From Armatimonadota bacterium (GTDB lineage: Bacteria > Armatimonadota > Fimbriimonadia > Fimbriimonadales > Fimbriimonadaceae): 64,000 bases of DNA. Made by a program: the position numbers and the translations under genes. Where the stretch lies: the NCBI GenBank assembly GCA_017303935.1, contig JAFLBD010000002.1:786784-850783 (forward strand). The letters are read 5' to 3'. Below the pieces are notes generated by a model. That model had not been told where the DNA came from, did not search any database, and saw nothing but the letters and a program-made list of their open reading frames with translations. Position 1 is the first letter of the stretch, and the number at the start of each line of letters is the position of its first letter. Shown piece by piece: positions 55,468-64,000 of this stretch.

Positions 55468-58400
55468 ATGGAGTCCATCATCACCATCCCGGAAGTAGGT
55501 CAGCTCGTCGAGGTGCGTCGGCGACAGTTCGTGGTGACCAGGGCTCGTCCATCCGGCCTGGACGGAGTAGAAGCGCAAACTGTGCTTGAACTCGCCTCTG
55601 TAGAGGACGATTCCTCTGGAGAGCAACTCACCGTAGTCTGGGAATCTGAAATCGGGGCCAGACTCGGCGAAGCCGCATCAATTCCAGAACCCACTCGATT
55701 CGACGACCCGGCCCAAATCGACGCATTCCTGTCCGCAGTCCGCTGGGGCGCCATCAGTTCTGCGGATACTCGCACCCTCCTGGCCCCTTTCCGCAGCGGA
55801 ATCGAAATCCACGACTACCAGCTTGAGCCGCTTGTCCGCGCGCTCCAAATGCCGCGCGTTAATCTGCTCATCGCAGATGGCGTTGGTATCGGTAAGACGG
55901 TGGAAGCCGGACTCGTCGCGCAAGAACTCATTCTCCGCAATCGCGCCCATAACGTCCTCGTGGTTTGCCCGGCCACACTGCAAATTCAGTGGCGCGACGA
56001 AATGCGGGACAAGTTCGGTCTTGAGTTCCGCATCGTGGACAGCGATACGCTCAAGCAACTTCGGCGAGAGCGCGGCATCCATGTCAACCCCTGGAAACAC
56101 TTCCCACGGCTCATCACCAGCATCGACTTCCTCAAGCGTGAGCGTTCGATGCAGCTGTTCCGCGAGCTACTCCCACCAGATGGTCGACCAACCTACCCTC
56201 GGACCTTCGACTTGATGATTCTTGATGAAGCCCACGGCTCCGCGCCATCCGGTTCAGGAAAGTATGCGACCGATTCTCAACGAACGTTGGCCATCCGAGA
56301 ATTAGCCCCTCACTTCGAGCACAAGATGTTTCTCTCGGCCACCCCGCACAACGGATACTCCGAATCCTTCACCGCGCTCCTTGAACTCCTGGACCCCCAA
56401 CGTTACGTTCGTTATCGAGGCTCAAATGATGCAGACAAGGTCGCCCAATACATGGAGCGCATCAAGGACCAGTTGCAATCGGTCACGATGGTGCGTAGGC
56501 TCAAGGACGACATCCCGCCGCATGGCGATGGCACACCACGCTTCCCCGCGCGAAAACTTGAGCGGCTAGAGGTCGACTATATGGAAGCGGAGCGGAATGC
56601 CCATGAGCTCCTGGAGAATTTCTTCAAATCGAGAGCAGAAACTCAAGGCAACCACTCCGGTCGCTATGCGACCGAGTTCATGCATAAGCTGCTCAAGAAG
56701 CGGCTGTTCTCGAGTCCCCTGGCATTCCACGAGACGCTGTCCAAGCACGCCAACACGCTACGACATGGCCGCGGAGAGCAGGCAAAGAAGGTTGACCCCG
56801 ACCTCCTCAAAAAGCGCATCGCTGCCCTGGAAGAATCCACGTCGAACGAGCAAGAACGGGAGGAGCGAGAAGACGACGCGGTCGTGGAAACCACGCGTGC
56901 AGCGGCCCCGCTGACACCCGAGCAAGATAGTCTGCTCAACGAGCTACTTCGCTGGTCAGAGCAAGCTTCTCGGAGCGCCGATGCGAAGACCCGCGTCCTC
57001 TTGTATTGGCTCAAGAAGACCCTGAAGCCCAACGACCAGTGGAACGACGAGCGGGTCATTCTCTTCACCGAGTATCGCGACACCCAGAACTGGCTGTTTC
57101 AGTTGCTGAATCAAGATGGCCTGGGTGATGTCGGTCGACTTGAGACCATGTACGGAGGCATGGATGACGACAAGCGCGAGGCGCTCAAAGCCGCCTTCCA
57201 AGCCAACCCCGCGCAATCACCCCTACGCATTCTCCTCGCCACCGACACGGCTAGCGAAGGCATCAACCTTCAGAACCACTGTAACAAGCTCGTCCACATC
57301 GAAATCCCCTGGAATCCGAACCGGATGGAGCAGCGCAACGGGCGCATCGACCGCCACGGCCAGAAGCGACCTTGCGAGGTGTACCACTTCGTTGGCCGAG
57401 GATTTGAAAGAGGCGGACTTGAAGCAGACCTCTACTTCCTATTCCGAGCTTGCCAGAAGGTCAACCAAATCCGAGAAGACCTCGGCAAGGTCGGTCCCGT
57501 CATCGAGCAGCAAGTCGAGGAAGCCATGCTTGGCAAACGAACCGAGCTTCAGACGACTCAGGCCGAGGCCGCATCGACTCCCATTCGCAAGTTGCTCACC
57601 GCAGAGCGCAAGATGCGAGAGCAAATCGAGTTGCTTCGCAACCGACTGGAGGAGACCAAGCGAGACCTTGGCATCTCGCCCGAGGCCATCCAAGCCGTAG
57701 TCGAAGTCGCGCTCGCACTTGAAGACCGTCCCGGACTAGAGCCGGTGCAAGTCATCGGAATCCCGAAGGCGTTCAAGATGCCTGCGCTCACCGGACCCTG
57801 GGAAGCCGCCCGAGCAGGCAACCCCCATCCGTACACCCAAGAGCCGCGGCCCATCGTTTTCGACCACGCCTACGTGGAAGGCCGTGATGATGTCGAACTC
57901 ATCCACCTCAACCACCGCCTCGTTCAAATGTCGCTCCGACTCTTGCGTGCGGAAGTCTGGAGCAGCGGCAACCGTCGAAAGCTATCTCGAGTTTCCGTCA
58001 AAGTCGTCTCCGACACGTACCTAAGCACACCTGCTTTGATTGCCTTCGGTCGACTCGTCGTTCTAGGTGCGACCCACCAGCGACTCCACGAGGAAGTCAT
58101 CACCGCAGGTGGCATTCTCAGGCCGGGTGGGATTGCCCGCATGAAGGTCGAGGACGTCCAACTTGCCCTTGAGCATGCTGAGAATGGGCTTGTAAACAAA
58201 ACCTATCTTGAGCAAATCCAGACAGACTGGCCAAGCCTCGGCCCCGCGCTTCAGAACGCCCTCGACATCCGCATGCGCGAAGTCACCCGCAACCTCGAAG
58301 GCCGCTTCCTAGAAAAGGCCGACCGAGAAAAGAAGGACGTCGAGAAGATTCTCCGCGAACTCGATGCCACCATCCGCGCCGAACTCAAAGAGCCAGACAA

Positions 58401-58608
58401 CCAGCTGACGTTCGAATTCAACGAACTTGAGCGCGACCAATACCGCCGAAACGTCGATGCCATCCGGCTCCGTCTTGAGGAAATCCCGGCTGAAATCGAG
58501 GAGGAGAAACGACTGGTCGACCGCCGCTACGAAAGCCCGACGCCACGCCTTTTCCCGGTCTGCGTCCTGCTCGTCGTGCCCGACACCATGGTAGAGGGAG
58601 CGAGATGA
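55468..58608 (+). CDS. SNF2-family helicase/translocase (DrmD-like)
   Basis: 1046 aa with HDYQLEP, ADGVGIGKT, ILDEAHG, LSATPHNG, TDTASEGINLQ and QRNGRIDRHGQ. Confidence 0.85.
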   Translation: MESIITIPEVGQLVEVRRRQFVVTRARPSGLDGVEAQTVLELASVEDDSSGEQLTVVWESEIGARLGEAASIPEPTRFDDPAQIDAFLSAVRWGAISSADTRTLLAPFRSGIEIHDYQLEPLVRALQMPRVNLLIADGVGIGKTVEAGLVAQELILRNRAHNVLVVCPATLQIQWRDEMRDKFGLEFRIVDSDTLKQLRRERGIHVNPWKHFPRLITSIDFLKRERSMQLFRELLPPDGRPTYPRTFDLMILDEAHGSAPSGSGKYATDSQRTLAIRELAPHFEHKMFLSATPHNGYSESFTALLELLDPQRYVRYRGSNDADKVAQYMERIKDQLQSVTMVRRLKDDIPPHGDGTPRFPARKLERLEVDYMEAERNAHELLENFFKSRAETQGNHSGRYATEFMHKLLKKRLFSSPLAFHETLSKHANTLRHGRGEQAKKVDPDLLKKRIAALEESTSNEQEREEREDDAVVETTRAAAPLTPEQDSLLNELLRWSEQASRSADAKTRVLLYWLKKTLKPNDQWNDERVILFTEYRDTQNWLFQLLNQDGLGDVGRLETMYGGMDDDKREALKAAFQANPAQSPLRILLATDTASEGINLQNHCNKLVHIEIPWNPNRMEQRNGRIDRHGQKRPCEVYHFVGRGFERGGLEADLYFLFRACQKVNQIREDLGKVGPVIEQQVEEAMLGKRTELQTTQAEAASTPIRKLLTAERKMREQIELLRNRLEETKRDLGISPEAIQAVVEVALALEDRPGLEPVQVIGIPKAFKMPALTGPWEAARAGNPHPYTQEPRPIVFDHAYVEGRDDVELIHLNHRLVQMSLRLLRAEVWSSGNRRKLSRVSVKVVSDTYLSTPALIAFGRLVVLGATHQRLHEEVITAGGILRPGGIARMKVEDVQLALEHAENGLVNKTYLEQIQTDWPSLGPALQNALDIRMREVTRNLEGRFLEKADREKKDVEKILRELDATIRAELKEPDNQLTFEFNELERDQYRRNVDAIRLRLEEIPAEIEEEKRLVDRRYESPTPRLFPVCVLLVVPDTMVEGAR

Positions 58609-61600
58609 GAAGGCCGCCGAAACTTGAGTGGATGGGGTTGATGGATGTCGTCGGCCCCTTCGTCACCCCTGCCATTGTCGCCGAGGCATTCCCCAGCGGC
58701 CTCGAAGGTCACGACTCCGGTTTGCTCAAGGGACTCCGTAGCGCCTACAAAACCTGGGAAGACTCCGACGACCCCGTCTGGCATAGAGAGTGGGTCAATG
58801 TGGTCCTCAGCAACGTCCTGGGCTACCAAGAAAAGCACATTCTCCAGGACCAGGCCATCCCCGAGTCCATCAACTACGTCGACCGGACCCATCACACCAC
58901 CATCCGGCCAACCTTCATCATCCATCAACCCGAATTCCCCGACCGGGGCCGCATTCTCGTCATGCGACTGCCCAAAGGTGAGTCGACCTCCAAGCCCAAA
59001 GCGGAAGCCAAGTGGCAAGCCTCGCCCATCAGCCAGATGCAGATGCTGCTCCAGGCGAACAACGAGAAAGTCGGCTTGGTCACCAACGGCGAAGAATGGG
59101 TTCTGGTCAACAACTGCGGAACCGGTGCCGTGGGCTTCGCCACCTGGTACGCCTATCTCTGGCTTGAGGAGCACGACACGCTCCGCAGTTTCCGGTCGCT
59201 CTTGTCCATCCGACGTGTCTTCGGCGGCGAGCCCGGAAGTCGACTAGTCGACCTTCTCGCGAAGGGTGCCGAAGACCAACAGGATGTCACCGACCGCCTG
59301 GGCTATCAAGTCCGCCGAGCGGTCGAAGAACTGGTCGGCGCCTTCGAGCGGCTCGACCGCGACTCCAACCGAGAACTCCTCAAGGGCGTTGGAGAAACCG
59401 AGGTCTACGAAGGCGTGCTCACCGTGATGATGCGTCTGGTGTTCCTCTTCTGCGCCGAGGAACGCGGGCTGCTCCATCTAGGCGAAGACCTATACGACCG
59501 GTTCTATGCCGTCTCCACGCTCCGCGAGCAGTTGCATGATGACGCAAGCAAGCTCACCGAGGAAGTCCTCGACCGTCGCTCATCGGCCTGGTGTCGGTTG
59601 CTGGCGACCTTCCGCATGGTCTACCAAGGAGTCGCTCACGAAGACCTGCGCATCCCTGCCTACGGCGGAACGCTCTTCGACCCCGACCGATTCCCGTGGC
59701 TCGAAGGCCGGCATGCCGATGGAACCAACGAGCCGCCTCACGTCAGCGACCGCATCGTGTTGCACCTGCTCGACTCGCTCCAGGTGCTGCGCCAGGGCCA
59801 GGAAGCCCGCAAGCTATCGTTCCATGCCCTCGATGTCGAGCAAATCGGCCACGTTTACGAAGGCCTGCTCGACCACACAGCGAAGCGAGCGCTCAAGCCC
59901 GTGCTTGGTCTGGTCGGCAAGGAAGGCGACGAACCCGAAGTCGACTTGGAGACGCTGGAAGCCAAGGTCGCTGAAGGTCGCGACAAGTTCATCGTGTATC
60001 TGAAGGACCAAACCGGCAAGACCGAGCGTGCCCTGGGCAACTTGCTAGACCAAGTAACCGATGCCGAGAACCTCCGTAAGTTGCGGGTGGTCTGCGGCGA
60101 CGACCACGACCTCTTCGAGCGGGTCAAACCGTTCGCCAACCTGATTCGCGAAGACAGCTTTGGCAACGTCCAGGTCTATCCCGAGGGCGCGCTTTACGCA
60201 ACCGTGGGGAGCGACCGGCGCAGCACCGGCACCCACTACACGCCGCGCATGCTCACCGAGGAAGTCGTCAAGTACGCTCTGGAGCCGCTGGTCTATGTCG
60301 GCCCCGCCGAGGGGTTGCCCGAGGAGGAGTGGACGCTCAAAGATGCCAAGGCTATCGTCGACCTCAAGGTCTGCGACATGGCGATGGGTTCGGGTGCATT
60401 CCTCGTGGCGGCCTGCCGATTCCTTTCCATCAAGTTGGTGGAGGCGTGGGCGGTTGCCGAAGAGAAAGCCGCCCGCCGACTGGGCTTCTCGGCCGAAGGT
60501 CACTTCTTCACCCATCGCATTGAGGGCGACCACCACGCCAAAACGCCTGGCACGACCGTCGCAACACCGTTTGGCGATATCGCCGTTGCCGACCCGAGCC
60601 AGGAGTTGATTCCAAACGATGCCGAGGAGCGGTTGGCGATGGCGAGGCGCATCGTCGCTGACCGATGCCTCTATGGCGTCGACCGGAACGCGATGGCGGT
60701 GGAGATGGCGAAGTTGTCGCTCTGGCTTACCACCCTGCGCAAAGACCGGCCGTTCACCTTCCTCGACCATGCCCTGCGCCATGGCGACTCCCTGCTCGGC
60801 GTCACCGAGCGGCAGTTGGAGTTCTTCAATGTGAACCTAGAAGAGGATAAGCAGTCACAAGCCCTCTTCTTAAGGTGGGTGCCGGAGTACGTCGAGAAGG
60901 TGCGCAACCTACGCCAACAGATTGCCCGCATCCCCAGTCACGACCCCGAGGCGATTCGGCGTAAGCAGAGGTTGTTCGACCAGGTGCGAGAATTGGAGAA
61001 GCCGCTCAAGTTTGCCGCCGACGCTCTATTGGCGTGCGAGCTTTCGGAAGGCAATGCTCAGAACACATTGGTAGGACGGACAAAGGTGCAGATGACCTTG
61101 ACCGAGGTTCCCGCAGGAGACCGCGTCAAGACGGTCTATCCAGAACTATCTGGACGACCGACTCTTCACTGGGAACTTGAGTTCCCGGATGTGTTTGACC
61201 AGGGCGGATTTGATGCAGTCGTTGGCAACCCGCCTTATCAAGGTGGCAGGCAAACCGCTACACATCAAGGACCAGACTATCACGCTCTGATTTGTCTTAT
61301 CAACCTAGTGCCCGGAACGGTCGACCTAGTTTGTCACTTCTTCAAAAGGGCGTTCCTGCTCATCGGCAACGGAGGTGCTGTTGCAGTTGTTTCGACAAAT
61401 TCTGTTAAGGAGACTTCGAATCGGGAGGCTTCGCTAGATTTCGTCCTTAGTTCCGGGGGGGCAATTTACCGTGCCACATCCGAGGCTCACTGGGGCGGAG
61501 CGGCGGCGGTGACGACTCTAAATGTCTGGATTTACAAGGGGCCCTGGGATGGTAACTACTTCATCGACGGAGCAAAGGTCGAGACAATCCATAGTTCGCT

Positions 61601-62711
61601 CGATGCTGATGTTGACTTGGCTCAGATTGAAAAACTGAAGCACTCTTTCCGCTACTCAGAAGGAACCAAACTGTATGGAGACGCCTTCATAATTAGCAAA
61701 GCCCAGCTAGGTACCATTCTGCGTGACAATCCAGGGCTCGGCGATTACCTACGTGTCTATGTTAACGGAGATGTTTTGAATGACACTCCCGACTGCGTGG
61801 GAACGGATGTCGTTGTGGACTTCGGTGAACTAGACGTCCAAGAGATTTCTGGTTGTGAAAGTATCATCAGAACTCTTTCATCGCAAGTAGCATACGAGCG
61901 CAGAAATCAGACTCGACAAATCCACGAGCATCGCCCTTGGCTTCATTGGGATAAGCGCACAAGATTCTTTGAAGAGGCAAGGAGCCGAGAACGCATTCTT
62001 GCCTGCGCAATCGTTTCGAGGCGACTGATGTTTGACTATGTCGACCCTCAAAAACTGTTCGCCCACGGTATCAAGTTGTTCTTGGATGATACTGGCTACC
62101 TGCTTGCGGTGTTGCAATCGAGTATTCACACTGCGTGGTCTCGGGTGGTCGCTTCGCGCATGAGACAAGAGACGCGATACTCGACCACCGACTGCTTTGA
62201 TACTTTTCCATTTCCGCCATTTTCCCGCGAGTTAGCCGAAGCTGGCAATCAGCTTGATGAGGCAAGGAGAGCTAGTCGTGAGAATCGGCAAATCGGACTT
62301 AACGGGCTATACGCGCTCGTCGATGATATCAACTGCCAAGAGGAGGACATCGTGGCAGTTCGACACGCAATTGTTTCGGTTGACGTGGCAGTTGCGTCGA
62401 GTCTTAGCTGGGACCCGACTTTCCTTGAGCATGGCTTCCACCCTTGGCATCCTGGAACGAGATTCACCATCTCGCCCCAGGCCCGCAAAGAAGTCCTCCG
62501 CCGCCTGCTGAAGCTGAACCACGAGCGCTACACCGAAGAAGTCGCCGCCGGCCTTCATGACAAGAAGGCTAAGAAATCCTCCGCCACCCCCGGCTCAACC
62601 CCCAAACGCGGCCGCAAACCTAAATCCTCGCAGCCGGATGCTACCGACCTCACCTCCCCCCGCCGCAACCTCTTCGACACCCAACTCACGTTCGGTGAGG
62701 TCGACAACTAG
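58605..62711 (+). CDS. large N6-adenine DNA methyltransferase (Eco57I/type IIG-like) with an HSDR_N-like N-terminal domain and a long C-terminal region
   Basis: 1368 aa with VCDMAMGSGAFLV (motif I) and VVGNPPYQGG (motif IV). The N-terminus has GLVTNGEEWVLV. ATGA overlap with the SNF2 stop. Confidence 0.85.
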   Translation: MRRPPKLEWMGLMDVVGPFVTPAIVAEAFPSGLEGHDSGLLKGLRSAYKTWEDSDDPVWHREWVNVVLSNVLGYQEKHILQDQAIPESINYVDRTHHTTIRPTFIIHQPEFPDRGRILVMRLPKGESTSKPKAEAKWQASPISQMQMLLQANNEKVGLVTNGEEWVLVNNCGTGAVGFATWYAYLWLEEHDTLRSFRSLLSIRRVFGGEPGSRLVDLLAKGAEDQQDVTDRLGYQVRRAVEELVGAFERLDRDSNRELLKGVGETEVYEGVLTVMMRLVFLFCAEERGLLHLGEDLYDRFYAVSTLREQLHDDASKLTEEVLDRRSSAWCRLLATFRMVYQGVAHEDLRIPAYGGTLFDPDRFPWLEGRHADGTNEPPHVSDRIVLHLLDSLQVLRQGQEARKLSFHALDVEQIGHVYEGLLDHTAKRALKPVLGLVGKEGDEPEVDLETLEAKVAEGRDKFIVYLKDQTGKTERALGNLLDQVTDAENLRKLRVVCGDDHDLFERVKPFANLIREDSFGNVQVYPEGALYATVGSDRRSTGTHYTPRMLTEEVVKYALEPLVYVGPAEGLPEEEWTLKDAKAIVDLKVCDMAMGSGAFLVAACRFLSIKLVEAWAVAEEKAARRLGFSAEGHFFTHRIEGDHHAKTPGTTVATPFGDIAVADPSQELIPNDAEERLAMARRIVADRCLYGVDRNAMAVEMAKLSLWLTTLRKDRPFTFLDHALRHGDSLLGVTERQLEFFNVNLEEDKQSQALFLRWVPEYVEKVRNLRQQIARIPSHDPEAIRRKQRLFDQVRELEKPLKFAADALLACELSEGNAQNTLVGRTKVQMTLTEVPAGDRVKTVYPELSGRPTLHWELEFPDVFDQGGFDAVVGNPPYQGGRQTATHQGPDYHALICLINLVPGTVDLVCHFFKRAFLLIGNGGAVAVVSTNSVKETSNREASLDFVLSSGGAIYRATSEAHWGGAAAVTTLNVWIYKGPWDGNYFIDGAKVETIHSSLDADVDLAQIEKLKHSFRYSEGTKLYGDAFIISKAQLGTILRDNPGLGDYLRVYVNGDVLNDTPDCVGTDVVVDFGELDVQEISGCESIIRTLSSQVAYERRNQTRQIHEHRPWLHWDKRTRFFEEARSRERILACAIVSRRLMFDYVDPQKLFAHGIKLFLDDTGYLLAVLQSSIHTAWSRVVASRMRQETRYSTTDCFDTFPFPPFSRELAEAGNQLDEARRASRENRQIGLNGLYALVDDINCQEEDIVAVRHAIVSVDVAVASSLSWDPTFLEHGFHPWHPGTRFTISPQARKEVLRRLLKLNHERYTEEVAAGLHDKKAKKSSATPGSTPKRGRKPKSSQPDATDLTSPRRNLFDTQLTFGEVDN

Positions 62712-63397
62712 ACAATATGGGTCGGCCAGAGACGCTCAATTTGATGGTACATCTCCATCAAGAGGAACTTCTCGCGTCCGATTGCGTCCTTAAGGTCCTT
62801 CGGAAAGCGGGCCATATCTTCATAGGTTGCTAAGACCACGAACTCCACTTGGTCGTACTCAAACTTGAAGTCGTACGGAACGCGCCATTCACGCTCGTGG
62901 GAGTAGTCGCAAGTCGACTTGTTCTCCCAATGGGCGTCTCGATACGCCTTAGGAGCATAGCCAGGCAGGAATGGCGTGATGAATGAATAAACATGAGAGT
63001 GAAAGCCTTTGCGGGGCTTTTCAATATCGCAATCCTCTTGGTGAATGAACTCACCCTGCTTCGTAAACAGGTCAGGTTTGACATACAGGGCCGGACCACC
63101 TCCTGTAGCGAAGATTCTAGGCTTGGCAAACCCGACCCCATAAGCAGAATAGGCGTCGCAATGACTTGGAAACGACCACCAAGGGCACTCCGTCAAACAT
63201 ACGGCCTTTGCGCCTGTCCAAGGCATATTGGTGGCATAGACTGTTTTGGACTGCAAGATGCCGACGAGCCGGTCAAAAGCGGAAGCTGGAATCTTAGAAT
63301 AAACTTCGTTCTCCGCGCCCTCAGACTCACCATAGGGTCTAGCGTCTTTGCAGAAGTGTGCAACATAGTCTGAAAAATCGGGGCGATTTCCACGCAT
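62708..63397 (-). CDS. AbiGi-like abortive-infection family protein
   Basis: 229 aa with VAHFCKD, VCLTECPW, YGVGFAKP and HEREWRVP. This pattern resembles AbiGi from memory. It converges on the methyltransferase stop through a shared CTAG. Confidence 0.5.
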   Translation of the reverse strand: MRGNRPDFSDYVAHFCKDARPYGESEGAENEVYSKIPASAFDRLVGILQSKTVYATNMPWTGAKAVCLTECPWWSFPSHCDAYSAYGVGFAKPRIFATGGGPALYVKPDLFTKQGEFIHQEDCDIEKPRKGFHSHVYSFITPFLPGYAPKAYRDAHWENKSTCDYSHEREWRVPYDFKFEYDQVEFVVLATYEDMARFPKDLKDAIGREKFLLMEMYHQIERLWPTHIV

Positions 63398-63511
63398 AGC
63401 CCATTATGAATGAGGCAACACATCGTTTCAACTGGCTCGAGGTGCCAAAATCGGGATTCAGGTTGGTTCGAATCTCCGCGGCGTTCCGTCCTGAATCTTG
63501 CTCCTCTCCAA

Positions 63512-64000
63512 ATGGCCGAGTATCGCGACCCCAAATACCTTTCTGATGGCGACAATCCGATTGACCGGGTGCGTTGTCCCATTCACGGGTTTATCAAATA
63601 TTCGCCCAATGAGCGACTCATCATCGACTCGCCCTACTTCCGACGACTCAGGCACATCCGGCAACTAGGCCTCACGGAGTACGCGTATCCGGGTGCAAAC
63701 CACTCTCGCTTCGAACACTCTCTCGGTGTGATGGCCATGGCATCTGCCATGTTCGATAGCCTGGCCGCCAAGAAGGGTGAAACCATGGAGAAGGAACTCG
63801 AGCAAGTTCCCTGGTTTGCGGAGGATACGCTAGCCAAAGCACGCCAGGTCGTCAGGCTTGCCGCACTGCTCCATGATACTGGCCATCCTCCGTTCAGTCA
63901 CGGCGCAGAGCATATGTGGTCGGCGGGTGGGCATGAGGAGTGGAGCATCAAGGTCGTCAAGGACCCTGAGTTCCTCGGCAAGCTGATTGATGAGACATGG
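63512..64000 (+). CDS. HD-domain phosphohydrolase (dGTPase/SAMHD1-like), 3' end beyond the window
   Basis: Not in the track because no stop lies in the window. My translation is MAEYRDPKYL...RRLRHIRQLGL...HSRFEHSLGVMAMA...LLHDTGHPPFSHGAEH. Confidence 0.75.
   Translation, partial: MAEYRDPKYLSDGDNPIDRVRCPIHGFIKYSPNERLIIDSPYFRRLRHIRQLGLTEYAYPGANHSRFEHSLGVMAMASAMFDSLAAKKGETMEKELEQVPWFAEDTLAKARQVVRLAALLHDTGHPPFSHGAEHMWSAGGHEEWSIKVVKDPEFLGKLIDETW

Noticed and set aside
58527-60782. Long antisense ORFs inside the methyltransferase gene (215 aa and 245 aa); similar ones occur inside nasA, czcA, the alpha subunit and others
   Set aside because: These are typical GC-rich antisense open frames. They lie fully within genes that have clear motifs and have no independent motif support.
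55468-62711. Annotating the locus as a complete DISARM or BREX system
   Set aside because: No DrmA/DrmB (DUF1998), DrmC (PLD), PglZ, BrxC or BrxL-like ORFs are present in the window. Only the SNF2 plus methyltransferase pair is there.
63440-63490. GGTTCGAATC T-loop-like string in the AbiGi-like/HD intergenic region as a tRNA fragment
   Set aside because: The flanking 5-mers do not pair as a T stem and no acceptor-like sequence follows. More likely it is part of an 8-9 bp inverted repeat (GGATTCAGG...CCTGAATC) in a divergent promoter region.

Overview
Bacterial chromosomal DNA from a diderm organism (TolC/RND genes and beta-barrel outer membrane proteins are present). I found no rRNA, canonical tRNA, CRISPR array, transposase or integrase. 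The window splits into three blocks.

(A) 1-21.3 kb is a nitrate/anaerobic module. It holds a five-gene operon that joins a Mo-bisPGD oxidoreductase (alpha, FeS beta, cytochrome c/NarI-like gamma) to a Rieske/cytochrome b pair. It also holds a long translationally coupled operon (moaA, moaC-moaB, moeA, moaD, moaE-moeB-rhodanese, tauE-like, nasA-like nitrate reductase, hemerythrin-like), two narK genes, nnrS-like, crp/fnr, mobA and two accessory genes. Three near-identical ATGAY-N4-ATCAT boxes sit in front of three of these units.

(B) 21.4-43.4 kb holds two metal-resistance modules. The first is czcCBA plus a Zn/Cd-type P1B ATPase. The second is a copper module: copA-copZ-csoR, an OMP, Met/His-rich periplasmic proteins, a Csp-like Cys-rich bundle, two DUF305 proteins, a cupredoxin-like protein and a YHS protein. 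The two modules are bracketed by three diverged copies of an exactly 141-nt element with a tRNA-like T-arm, acceptor strand and CCA end. The element does not fold as a canonical tRNA.

(C) 43.5-64 kb is a defence-type island. It starts with a type I R-M operon, hsdM-rhuM-hsdS-hsdR, ending in an overlapping SF1 helicase gene. hsdS is split at a (TCAA)11 microsatellite and carries an 11-copy 12-bp coiled-coil repeat. Next come a small zinc-ribbon ORF, a stand-alone family-A-like DNA polymerase domain protein, a 0.4-kb AT-rich spacer, an SNF2 helicase, a 1368-aa N6-adenine methyltransferase, an AbiGi-like gene and a partial HD (dNTPase-like) gene.

The polymerase/SNF2/methyltransferase cassette and the tRNA-like element family are my best candidates for undescribed biology. 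All functional calls rest on motifs I recognised by eye in the translations; no database search was run.
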